From contig JBNJNM010000011.1 of assembly GCA_052426225.1 (NCBI GenBank), positions 4,774,001-4,838,000 of the forward strand: a stretch of DNA of 64,000 nt, written 5' to 3'. The stretch comes from Zancudomyces culisetae HAW-14-8 (lineage: Eukaryota > Fungi > Kickxellomycota). The notes under the pieces are model-generated. The model saw only the letters and a list, made by a program, of their open reading frames with translations, was not told the origin of the DNA and searched no databases. Position numbers and translations under genes: made by a program. Of this stretch, positions 45,919 through 58,145 are shown piece by piece; the first letter of the stretch is position 1, and each line of letters opens with the position of its first letter.

Positions 45919-48524
45919 TCATAGTTTGGATGTTGGAGGTTGTGGGGGTGCTATACTAGAGTTGAGACGTCGAGACCACGTCAGCACCCACATGGTTGCA
46001 AGATCACGCCGTGAAATATCGGACTTGTTGAGTGCCAAATCGGAAATATTGGATAGCACAGTACGTTGTAGTTGGAGGGAGCACGAGGAGGAGGAAGAAA
46101 AAAGAGTAGAATCAACTACTGGACGCCAATTAGAAATCAGATTGGGTGTAGAAAGAGTAAGCAGTTGGTCAGTAAATAACAGCCAAGAATCCAACAGGAG
46201 TTTAGAGTCAGCATTGAAAGAAGTCAGGAGCAAGGTATTGGAACAGAGGTCCCATGCGACCTGGTGGTTATTGGACAGAGTACAGGCATGTACTGCAGCG
46301 GAATATGCAATCCTAACAAGATCCAAAGGTAGGTTATTGTTTTTAAACAAATCCAAAATTAGGGAGGCATAGGAGGGGGCAAAAAGAGATATTTTTGAGA
46401 GGCTCGGAGTTGAGTCGGCAATATTTTTTTTGCTTGAGAGGGGGAAGAGGTCGCCGATGTTGTTCAGGATAGTTAAAAAGACTGCATGAGCAGATTCAAA
46501 GGCAGTGGTCCACGAGTTATAACATTCAGCGGAAAGTAAGTTATGAAAAACAATGATATTATCGACAAGAACATCCAAAATGAAATGAGAGTCGTTTGAA
46601 TCGACGCCACGGAAATTGGGAATCAAGAGCTCAATGATATCCAAAAAAAAGGGAATGGAGGAACGCCTATACTCAGAAAGTAAAGTATAGTTTGTGGAGG
46701 TGATATAGGGAAGATCGTGTTGTAGCAAGCTGGAAAAAAACAAAGATGTGGATAGATGGGATGGTTCTAGCGATTTCAGGAAGGAGAGTAGATTTACAAG
46801 AATGGGCTGTAACAGTGAAAAAGACGGAGAAAACAAGGAAGGGGACTGGGGAATAAAGTGTAGGTTGGATAAGCAAACTAGAATTGGTTTTGCGACTCCG
46901 TACAGCTTGTACTTTGAAGAAAAATTAACGTATTGCTCATTGCTTGCAAGATAAATTTGGCATACCTTGTTGGCCATTGAGGTGATGATGAAATAATATG
47001 CGTTGAAAAGTGTAGAAATGGCCGTTTGTATGGTTTTTTGAGAATTGTTGAATGGCCGACTAGTCTCGACTAGTAACAATACATCGGCTGAATATAGCTC
47101 CAGTGCTTGACATATTTGTGCTAGGCTGGTTCGCTTTATTAGCTCGTTTTTGTTGTAGTTTAAACTAGTTATCAGGACCTGGAGAGTGGTGGATAGTTGT
47201 CCAAGTTCACCGAATATTGGATTATTATTACTACTGCTAGATTCCAGGCTTTTTTCCCGGCTCGCCTAATATCCATAGCCGCCATTTAGTACACCAATAT
47301 TTCATGTATTTGATAAAATCATACAGCTTACCTGTGGCAAATCGTTTCTTAAATATTCAGGATACAGAAGGCCTTCTTTTTCTAGCAATTTCTCAATTAT
47401 CACCATTACTCCCTTCTATTTTTTTTATATAGATTGATCGTTCATTAAAGCTAGAGTTTGTTAAATGGGCATATCATAGTATTTCTAGGCTAATACTTAC
47501 AGTTAGGTCCTTGAATACCCACTCACGGTTTTGATACAAAGGCACATTTAGCATCATTGTATATATCAAAGTTTCGCTCAGTACAGCTCCTTGACGCTTC
47601 CAATTCTTGACCTTCTCATTATTATTATAGTATCCTTCTTCTCCACCCACCAATACAAGATCTGTATCATTTATTCTTCCCAATAACGATTCATCCTGTT
47701 CCACCAGATTTTTTACCGTTTCCAGATATAATTCTAATACAATATTGCTGAGTCGTTCTGATATCTTCTCTTTGTTACTGGCGTATCTATTTCCGTAGTT
47801 ATTACCTCTCGTTTTTTCTAACAATCCGAACTAGCCGCTATATAAATACGTAAAGATAAATATACTCTTACAATATTCCTCCCAATACTGCCATCTTTTT
47901 TATGTATCCCTCTACTAGCTCCCCTCTCTCTATTCAAATGGTATATTCACTTTTAATTTCATCTTCTCTAAACATGCTGACCCGCCCTCTACTCTTAACC
48001 AAAAATAGCATCTAGGTTTATAGGTTACCTTTACAGTATGCAAAAATCAAGTTTGCAGAATCACATAAACCCAAAAACAAATCAACTTCATACGCCTCTA
48101 GCTTTTCCTGCGTTCCAAGCACTTGTCTAACGGTACTGTTCCAAAGCCGCTTCAGTCCGCCTTCTCTTATGATATGATGTCCTCGTCCCTGTGTTTGTGG
48201 ATCAACAGCATCTTTCCCGTATTCCTGTTGGATGCTGGCTGTCAATTCATCGCTTCTGTGCACATAGCTTTGAACATCAGGATCCGCAAAGGCATCACCA
48301 TTGCTGTAAACATTTTTAATTCGCTTCCATTTATTGGATATTGACACTGACAGGCTGTAGTAGTAACCCATCAATCTAACGGCTCTGTTAAATGCAGCAT
48401 TGGAATCACCACCTGAATGCAAAATGGTATGGCGTACAAGTAGATCGTATGAAACGTTAGAATATACCACTCGCGAATTGGATTGGGTTATTGTTTTCGC
48501 TGCCTCTACCAGCAATGGGTCCAT
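45919..48524 (-). CDS. PEX8: Probable peroxin Pex8, multi-exon, C-terminal PTS1 (SKL)
   Basis: Clear GT-AG introns 47500-47416 and 47331-47266 join the ORF fragments in frame; exon structure around 48028-47818 is unresolved. Motifs NPIFGELGQLS, AFESAHAVFL, LVRIAY resemble fungal Pex8 from memory. Ends -SKL. Confidence 0.65.
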
Positions 48525-49076
48525 TTTTCTGAATTCTGTTTTTTTTTTCTATCTCTGCTTGTTTATTTTGTGGTTTTCTATTAGTATCTCATAAAATGAA
48601 GGCAGAAAAACTGAAAGGCCGTCTTATCTAAAGAAGCTGTTTATGTATAAATGTTTTATTTCGACTTGTTTCAGGAATTTTTCAAACTTGCGACTTGACC
48701 CTTTTCCAGTTTATTTCAGGGTTGTTGCTCCGTGATTTATTTCTTCAGGTTTGTGATGGACATTCTTACCAAAAAGCCGTTCGTTTTCCGCCTCTAATTT
48801 CAGAGGTTCACCCGCTGTTATTGCTAATAAGTTGCTGATTCGTTAGTTGACCAACACACGCAAACGCCAGTGATCTAGAGCTTTGAGTGCTTATACGATA
48901 AGCTGTATAAATTAAACGTATGATTGTATTGTAAAAATGCTTTTAGCTACAAAATCTTGGTGATATCTTCATTTGTACTTCAGATCCAGCCGAGTTCATT
49001 TCACTTTATTTCAGACACTTTGATACCTAAATTTATTCAAAATAGAAGAAAGCCCGAGTAATAAAGAATTTAAAGC

Positions 49077-50194
49077 ATGGTAAATTACATTTTAACTGCC
49101 GCCCTTCTCTTAACCTCTGTTGTGTTGATGGCAAAGAAATCACTGGGCTCCATCAACTCTAATAAACGCAAAGAGTTACGACCTGTTCTTGGGAAAACTG
49201 TCGTCATTATAGGCGCTTCATCTGGTATTGGGAAAGAAATAGGTACTTTGCAAACTATTTTACTTTTAATATGTGTAAAAATAAATAATCACAGAATAAA
49301 ATCCCAAGAAAATGGCACTAAAGTATATCTATTCATTGTTTTCTAGCTTTAAGATTTGCAAGAGAGGGTGCGAATCTCTTATTAGTAGCGAGGCGAGTTA
49401 AGGAATTAGAGGATGTCCGTTTAATGTGTCAAAATGCGGCTGCTAGCGGCGAAAGAAACAATCGATTAAATGCCAAAATTAGGCTAGTGTTTGGTGATGT
49501 TACTGAAAGAGTGGTGCAGCTCCAAATTGTTTCGGATTGTATTGAACACTTTGGCTCCATAGATTTCTTGGTTTTGAACGCTGGTATTATTTCTGTTAAA
49601 CCAGTTGTCGAATTGCTAGAAAACCCAACTCAGTTAGAGCCTGGCAGTGTTGAAGCCCTCAATAACATTGAATCTCTGGAAACTGCACTTAACAGAACAA
49701 TGTCAGTTAACTTTCACGCGCCTGTGCATCTTGGATGCCTGTTTCTTCCTCATCTTCTCGCCAGCAAGGGCTCGATAGTTGTCGTTTCTTCAATGGCAGG
49801 TATGCTTGCCGCTCCAACACGCTCGCTATATGCTGCCTCAAAGCATGCACTAAATGGATTTTTTAATTCATTGCGAATGGAAGTTGAGAAAGATGGAGTT
49901 TCGATAACAATAGCAAATCCTGGTACTGTAGACACTGACCTACGAAGCTCTGCCGTTGATGTACAATCATCTGCATCTGGAAACACACCCAAAATGCCTG
50001 GGGCCAGTCATGTAAAACTAGCCAAGAAATCTGTGCTCTCACCCCAGTATGCTGCCGAAAAGGTTTTTGATGCAGCCATCCGTTCTGTCGAATGCGTTAA
50101 CTTTCCGTTTATATACCAGCTAAGCATTTATCTAAACGCAATATGTCCATCTCTGGTCGAGTATTTGGCAAAGAAAAAGTATGGCTTTTTGTGA
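49077..50194 (+). CDS. Classical short-chain dehydrogenase/reductase with N-terminal membrane anchor (DHRS7B/11beta-HSD-like), 2 exons: 49077-49242, 49347-50194
   Basis: GASSGIGKEI|ALRFA, LVARR, LVLNAG, VVSSMAG, YAASKHAL, PGTVDT. Confidence 0.93.
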
Positions 50195-50644
50195 TTCACT
50201 TTTTATAACGTCTTACCTCCTCCCCTTGCATTTCTACAGCCAACTAAACTGTGGTTGTTTGCGGTAACATTTACAAACTGACGTTTAAGCGTATTGCATT
50301 CATTATCACTTTGTAAGGATTTTTAATACTCAAGCCATGTGACTTGTGGTTTTATTGTATTTGAATTTTTTTCAGCATCTATTGGCTAGCCATTCAAAAT
50401 AGTTGTTCTCGAATTTTAATAATAGCACCTCATTACTACTTTTATAAGCCCTTTTACGTAATAGAAAAATGAATAAATAAAAAGCTGGAGTGGCATAAAT
50501 AGTAAAAAGGAATATTTTTCAAGTGCGTTTTCGAGTATTAAAAAACACCAAAGATCCAAGGAATAGAACCATCGAAAATCTCTTGATACCGATTTGGCCC
50601 TTTTGTCTGTTTGTTCTTTCGTTCCGCACTAAATAGACACAGCT

Positions 50645-51251
50645 ATGGTTTGGCTCGGAAATTTTGTGGAGAAATTTAGATTCAAAGATCTACTAACACG
50701 GGAAACACTCTTCCCCTTATTAGTAATTGCTTTGGTCTTGTACTTTCTCTACGAACAATATAAAAATAAACGCGCTGATGCAATAAACAAAGATCCAAGG
50801 GTGAAAAGTAAGCTGGACAAACAACGTCGTGAGTACTACCAAAACAAACGAAATTTCAACTCTACCAATCAAAGTCCTGCTCTAGCCTCTACAGGTAGCA
50901 ATGGCGGTGACAATTCCCAAGAAAAAGGCCAGAGATCTGGCACTGGATCAAGTGATTCCAAGGTAACATCTTTTTTCATTACTATGTGTGAATTCTTTTC
51001 TGTATTAATATTACTGTTATCTGTTATTCGGATATTTAAGAACCAATTTAAGCTAATAAAAGCATTTTAACAAAATATCTACAAAGAGCCTTGGAACCAG
51101 CGGTAATCCTGAAGGTAATACAACAGCGAAGTCAAAGCTGAAGCAGCGTATCCCATACAAGATAAACAACATACGAGGATTTGGCGATATGAACAAGTCG
51201 GGTAAATCCTGTGGGATTGACCCGTTATTTGGCGGAGGGGGGTGAGGTTAA
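50645..51251 (+). CDS. SELENOS/SELENOK-like single-pass membrane protein; candidate selenoprotein (TGA 51243-51245 = Sec). Exons 50645-50962 and 51087 (or 51063)-51251
   Basis: N-terminal TM (LFPLLVIALVLYFLY), basic helical segment, G/S-rich tail. Phase-0 donor AAG|GTAACA at 50963. Exon 2 reads ...INNIRGFGDMNKSGKSCGIDPLFGGGG-TGA-GGT-TAA. The acceptor is a less common AAG. Confidence 0.65.
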
Positions 51252-51575
51252 GATTCCTCTTTATTTTCAATGCTTTTGTTTCTTCGCTTTTCACAAATCC
51301 TTTTTGCTCTATCTATCCGCTTTTTTTCAGTTTCTCAATGCTTTTACAGAGAAAAGTTGAGTTAAAAGCCAAGGGTAAAGTCGAAGATGGTGATGTGTGA
51401 AAGCTACACGGTGGGGGATGAAAGCATAGTAAAGAGGACGGGTTTTCTCTTTTTAAAAAAGGGAAGCGATCAAACCAACACAAATATTGTGGTATATAAT
51501 ACAACCATAAACTATTGTCTACACTTATAGTTTGTAGTGGACGTATTAACAACCCTACTAATATGAAAGGTGTGT

Positions 51576-51670
51576 TTTCAATTACATTTATGCAGACATC
51601 CTATGTCTCCGCAACATGCCCTCCTCTCGCAAACACTTTGGGCATTCTGGCGACGTAAATGTAATTGGAA
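51576..51670 (+). promoter_or_regulatory. Structured RNA element (three-way junction) in the putative 3' UTR; candidate non-canonical Sec-recoding element
   Basis: 17-bp helix 51576-51592/51654-51670 with two G.U pairs (valid only on the + strand), enclosing hairpins AGACAU/AUGUCU (51594-51608) and AUGCCC/GGGCAU (51616-51645). Confidence 0.5.
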
Positions 51671-54600
51671 TCTTGCATCAAAATTTTATTTTTCTTTGCT
51701 CTACCTATACCCCCTCTCTCTCTTTTACAACCGCGTGTAATATTGGAATATTTTTATCGCATTAGTACGAGTGTGGGGGTATTGGAGTACAAGAAAGGTG
51801 CACTCACTTTGACAACTATGGATTTGTCTGTTGGTTGATTTTAACTTAACACTTCATATTTTTCTATTTATTGCTGAGATTAGCTAGTAACTCCCAAGAA
51901 CCTTCTGGGGACTGGCGAGCTTTTCTATTCACTTTGTTGGGATTCCGGCAAGTTTACTTTTTCTCTTTTAATTTGGCCTTATTTGTTTATTTTTAGTTTA
52001 GGTGAGGATATATTTTTATAAAGTCAGGAGTTTAACACCTTAACTACAAACCTGTTATATTCTTTTAAATGGAACTACATTATAAACAAGATATCATCGT
52101 ATCTATCGAGCCAGCACTATCTATCTTGCTTTTAACTGTTTGCAGATGCTATAGAAAATGTGTGTAAATATACACATGCTTTTGAAATTTTTAGTTGACC
52201 TTTAGGCGTGGCTTCGGGTTTGCAGCGCATACAAATACACGCTCATACACCCCTATATCTAAGTATTGGTATTAAAAGTTGAACTGGGTGTGTATATTAT
52301 CTTTTTGTAGTCAGTAGGCCATCCAAAAACCTTATATGAGTGAGATGTAAGTGCAACGTACAGCCAGCTACGCCATAGCGAACCACAACTAGGCATGGTA
52401 AATGAGAAAAAGCCCATCTTGGTCAAACCAACCAATTGTTCAATTGATATTAAATTGTTAGTTTTATCAAAACGAGTTCAATTTCTTCTAATCGGATATT
52501 GTTGTTATGCCAGTGTGGGCGTGAATTATAAAATAACAAATGACAGATGCAACTAGTTTGTCATATCAACTCATCTACTTTTTGTAATGTAGCACATATT
52601 TTAGTTTTTAGTTTGCGCTTTGTGTTAAATGAGCCTGAGAAAGGTTTTTTCCCTCTTTTTTTATTTGAAGGTAAAGAGCCAACACATTTTGGTAAACCAA
52701 ACAACATTACTAATTTTGTTTACAAAAGTTATAAAATCAGATATATCTTGATAATTATTTTTTTGCATTTGAAACCAGATAAGCAATAGCAAAAATGCAA
52801 TTCTGTAATAAACAACAAAAACCTATTTTTTTTTACTTAATAATGGATCACTCTCAAAACCCTTTATAGTATTATTAGTTGTTTGCTGAGAAATCGATGA
52901 AGTAAACAATATCTAAGTGCTCTTTAAATCCTCTACCATTTGTTTTTAGGTGTAATCCTCAACATTAAACCGGGTTTTTGAAGGTTGAAAAGCACACATC
53001 TTATTTTGGAACAAGCCTTATGATAGGAAGTGTGTTTTTATTTATGTCCAATTAGTAAAAAGATGAATAAAAAACTACAAAACTCGCCAAAGTTAATCAC
53101 ATGGACAGCAATTTAGCAGCAAACTTCACGGTTTTTATTCTAGCCATGGCGTGCCTGGTAATTTTAAAGGCAGAGGCATATGTTATATATACCCGGGATT
53201 GGAAAACAAAATATCATGGTTTGGATTATTTAATACTATACTTTGTATATCTCCATAGCTAGATGCTAAAAATGTGATAAAAAACATATGTGGCAGTATT
53301 AAACAATAAAGTTACCAAATTTGTACCTGTGCCTTACATGAATTATTGAGATGATGTATCAAACATCAACCACTTACTAATAATTTATTTATTCTAAACT
53401 ATGCTAGTATTGATGTAGGTAATAAGATGACATTCTAATAACTATTGATTTGTAAGACACCCTCTTGTTACAAAGTGACGTTATGATTAACAAAAACACT
53501 AAGTTTTTTTTTTAATAAAAAAGACTAATTATGGTGACAATAAATTGTGTAATAAAACACATATTTGCTGAATTAGTACTAATTGTAGACTTTCGATCCT
53601 TTGGACATGAGGATAGATGCCCTCATTAACACAAATTTCACCGATTTAGTCGATTAGGTTTTTTTTTGCTTGCCTTTCCTATAATTGATTGGAGTTTAGC
53701 AATCTCAGGCATTCAGCTTCGTAAGAAAGGTCAGCAAACTAAACTTTCCTATGTTCATGCAAAACAAAATAACAAAATAACCAAAAAACCAAAAAAACCA
53801 AAAAAAACAAGGCAACACAATTACGAAAAATAATTTTGACAGCAACTTTGTAAGCATACTGCAAAAGGTGTAAATGTCGGATTCCCAACAACATAAACCG
53901 AGATAGAAACTTTGTGAGTGGGTGGTGTGTTAGGCCTAACTTTTGTGCAAAGTAGAGCATGCTTTCGGGCAAGTAGAATGATGCACTATAAACAGAGTGG
54001 GGCCCAAAAGGAGGAGGATGGGGGGGGGGGTTATATTCTCCATTTTTCAGTTAATATTTATTATTTTTATGTGGGTAAATCAGTAACTTTGGCTTGAGGA
54101 AAGCTAAACACTAAAAAATAGAATTTAGGGGCACCCCGCAGACCAAGTCAACTAGTATCGGGCTAATGTGTTTCATCATTTCTGAATACATTTTCTGAAT
54201 ACATCTTGTGTAAACAGTGTATACGCCAAAAAAAGCAATCATTTTAAATGCGCGGAGGGCTTGACATCCCCTACAAGCACCCTTTCCTTCCATACACCAC
54301 TACTTTTTTTGTCTGATTTCTTCTAAAAAAAATATAAACATGTTATCAGGAGTTATGTGAAAATTCAAAATGGGAAACAAAAAACATGGGTGTGTTTTAT
54401 AGATGCAGCTATGGGTGGTAGTTTATCCTTTTTACTTGTCTAGAAAAAGCGCAAGCTATGTCTGCACTGAATAGAAGCCTTTCTACAAACAATACAGAGT
54501 ACTAACCTACCTAAATTTAGCCATCTCTTGTGTATACTTAGTAATACAAGTTTCTTAAATCGGTTGAGATTAGTATGGGTTTGCACCATGCTCAATTTTA

Positions 54601-57170
54601 TAGGTAGATAGAGGGCTAAAAGGTCTTGTTTTGCTGATGTTTTTCGTCATTTTATTATATGTCAAGATTTTACATGGTTGAGACAAGTGAATTTGTGTGC
54701 TTGAAATAAATAAAAAATTAGAAATTTGCATTTATTTATATCAGGTATATTCATCTTTTGCTGTTCAATTAAAATTTCTTTGCAAAAAAAGAATGAAATT
54801 CTCTGCAATTTCATATCAGGAAATTTTTTTTTTTGAGAAACTGTGTCGGACAGGTACTAGCGAATTTCCCCAACGTGAAAATGATGAATAAACCTCGATT
54901 TTTTTTCTTTTAATTGTATCAGTCACAAATCAATCATATCGATTTTAGAAACAAGTTAGCAGTTTACTTGTTTTGACTTGCGTATTTTAACAAATTATAT
55001 TGATTCAATCTTTTGAGAAAAAGAAGTTGCGATATTGAATATCTGCAATTTGTAATGGAAAGTACAGCCAAAGACAGTTGTTCTATTTAGAACACCTTTA
55101 GTCATCCTGCAGGTAAAGGCCCTTTAGCTAGCTTTGACTAACCAGGAAGTAAAGTGTTGGGGAATGGCGCAGCTTCGGGTGTTTTGTGAAAAAAAAACAA
55201 TCCATGTGGAAGCAAGAGTAACAGCACACAGCCTAGTGTAAACAAAACGTGTTTGGCAGTTTTCGGCAATAATAGAAAAGCAAAGCAAAAGTAAAAGCAA
55301 AAGTAAAACTAAAACTAAAAAAAAGTAGAATTAAGGGGAAAAAGTCAAATGGAACGGTAATAATATCTGCACTTCTCCAGTAAACCAAACAACGGATTCT
55401 AAATGGGAATATCAAGTGAAGGTTTACCTTTTGCAAAGCTAATGGAAAATCCAAATGTCTCACGTTGTTATATAAGATTTTTCAAAAGTGCTTGAAGCTA
55501 ATATACATGCATGCTTTAAGGTAAAAAAAAAAGGAAAAAGGCGGGAAAAAATCAACCAGTAGATAGGGCTATACTATAATTTTAGTAAGATTTTCAAGGT
55601 GAAAATTGAGCGTAGTGAAAATATTGGAAGGTTTTCGTTTTTTTTTCTAGTGAATGGGAGGTAGGTGAGTGTCGGAGATTTACAATTCTTCCCTAGTATT
55701 TTACCACAAAATCGTTTTATTTTTAGCAATCTTGCACAATTACCTAAAATCAACACTAGCCAATATAGGTTTCATTAAAGACATTTCTAATGGCATAACG
55801 CAAATTAGGCAGTGCCTTACAGAAAAAAGGGCAAAAAGTAAAAATTTGCATTCAACCAGTTTGTCACCAAATGAAGTACATGTTATTGTATTATGCTGTT
55901 CTTTTTAATATGCATCATTTATTTGCTCACAGTAAATCAAAATAAAAATTACTTAATTATGAAATTGTTGTGGTACAACTGAATTTTGGAAAAAAAAAAA
56001 AGAAAATCAACCTTAAGATTTTGAGCAAAAGTGAAAAAGAGCAGTGATAAGAGCTGTAATGAAAAAAGGAGTATAAAAGAAGTTTGAAGCCCACTCTAGA
56101 AAAGGTCGGAAACTAGGAACAGACATCATAAAGGTGAACTTTTTTTCCTTTCTGCAACATTGTAACAATAAAAGCTTCTCTTTGTAGCAAGACAGGAGGG
56201 TCCAATACAAAGCTTTGTAAAGTAGCAGCATCAAAAGTATCCAAAAGAAATCCTTCTTTGTGCGCAAGCATAGCTGAATAAATGTTTGCATAGCTGCACA
56301 GTTTCTGGCCATTGCCTTGGTAGCTTAGACATTGTTATATTGTGCGCCGAACCCGGTCACCGAGAGACTAACAAAGAGACAAAAGTAAAACGAATCGTAT
56401 GTGCGCCAATTAAATTCACCAACTGGCCTCTAAGGACGTTATTCAAATAAACACAGGCGAAAGATAGATAACCATCACTACAAGGGATACGCTCTTCCTC
56501 TTTGAATCTATTGGATCGGCAGATACATCTTTTTTGTTTCTTTAAAGAAAGCTGAAAGAGGAAAATAGGTAAAGGCGAAAAAATATCAAGTTCTCTCCGC
56601 TTGTTTTTCTGGTGTTATACACACACTCTTGTACCAGATCTTCATTTTTTCAAGGAATTGCTAAGAAAAGCCTCAGAATCCGAGAGAAAAGGTGAAAGCT
56701 GTGATTTCCTCTTTTCATTGACTGGTATCTCCAGCAAAGTCTATAAAGGGGCAAGTATTATATAGAAATAGAATATTCTGATTGTATCCAACCAAACGAA
56801 TTACATATTCTCTTGAATCAGGCGTTCAAATATTTTGACGCCGAGAGTTTACTTCAAACAATAAGCAAAAAAAAAAAGGTGGGTATATAAAAAGCAACAA
56901 GATTTGTTTTGCACAAAATAAAAACATCGGTAAAAGCAATTCGCTATAACTTTTACAGAGGAACACACATTGTATTTTATGGCTTCTAATTCAGCCAACT
57001 GGTTTGATTACTTGTGTATATAAACAAAAGACACCAAAAAGATACATCTGGACTTTCGAGTGTAATTAACAATTGGCAAAACAAACTTGTTGAAACAGCT
57101 ACACACTAGACACATATTAACCTGCCATATTATCAACTACTCTACAAACATTTCTCAAAAGTATTAGCAA

Positions 57171-58145
57171 ATGGAGTTCAACACTTTGTCCGTTTTTAAT
57201 AGCTGTATAAATCTAAGCGATAAGAAAGCCACTACTTTTAAGCAGGAAGAGGCCAAATGTACGGTGATAGACAGAAGCAGAATTGCGGGATTTGGGATTG
57301 ATGTTGAAAGTTTCGACATTTCAATACATGAAGACAGTAGAGATGTATTTGATTCGCCTTTCGGAAGTAAAAGGCCGCTTATTTGGGAGAAAAGTTCTAA
57401 AGAGTATAAGCTGGAATTTCCCAAGCTTAAGCATAGAAAGACACGAATTGGTATAGGAAATGATGAGGAACAAGATCTGGAGCCATTCGATAAAATTCAA
57501 AAGGTTACATTTCCTGAACTTTTGGAAGATACCACTAAAGATAGTTCCCAAGCTTTAGGCGCAAGTATGCTGCCCAGTTTTTCTGTTCGGTCGGACCCGG
57601 TACGGCGAATTAATTCAGAAACACTCATTGATTTGATTTTGGGAAAATACTCTCATCTGTACAACAGTTACACAATTCTGGATTGCAGGTTTCCTTATGA
57701 ATATGATGGCGGTCACATAAACGGTTCTACAAATGTTCCAAATAAAAGGATTCTGGAATCGCTGCTCCGCTTCGACCACCCCCCAAAACGCTCTGTTTTG
57801 ATCTTTCACTGTGAGTTTTCTATCAAGCGGGCTCCGAGCTATGCCATGTATTTACGGTCGCTTGATCGCAAGTTCAATCTTTTGAACTATCCCCACCTAT
57901 CCTATCCAGAAATCTATGTTCTTTCTGGTGGCTACTCCAAATTTTTTTCATCAAACGTCACCCACTGCTCCTCCCCAGTCTACATCCCTATGAACCATTC
58001 CAGCTATTCTTCTGACTGCAAACTTATGCTTGATAGCTTTACCACACAATTCTCTCTGAAACGGTCTAGGTCCTGCCCTGAACCTTACCAATCTCCCACT
58101 TCTCGCCATAAACGTATCAAATCTAAATCTATTTCGCTCCATTAG
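57171..58145 (+). CDS. MIH1: M-phase inducer phosphatase (Cdc25/Mih1)
   Basis: ILDCRFPYEYDGGHI, active site IFHCEFSIKRAP, LSYPEIYVLSGGYSKFF, YIPMNH. An upstream exon is possible. Confidence 0.94.
   Translation: MEFNTLSVFNSCINLSDKKATTFKQEEAKCTVIDRSRIAGFGIDVESFDISIHEDSRDVFDSPFGSKRPLIWEKSSKEYKLEFPKLKHRKTRIGIGNDEEQDLEPFDKIQKVTFPELLEDTTKDSSQALGASMLPSFSVRSDPVRRINSETLIDLILGKYSHLYNSYTILDCRFPYEYDGGHINGSTNVPNKRILESLLRFDHPPKRSVLIFHCEFSIKRAPSYAMYLRSLDRKFNLLNYPHLSYPEIYVLSGGYSKFFSSNVTHCSSPVYIPMNHSSYSSDCKLMLDSFTTQFSLKRSRSCPEPYQSPTSRHKRIKSKSISLH

Noticed and set aside
51415-51610. Canonical SECIS starting at AUGA 51418 or 51563
   Set aside because: Neither gives a helix II closed by a correctly placed 3' GA; the core quartet cannot be formed.
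16387-58145. ZDS1 and MIH1 (same mitotic-entry pathway) as a functional cluster
   Set aside because: About 38 kb apart with many unrelated genes between; likely chance.
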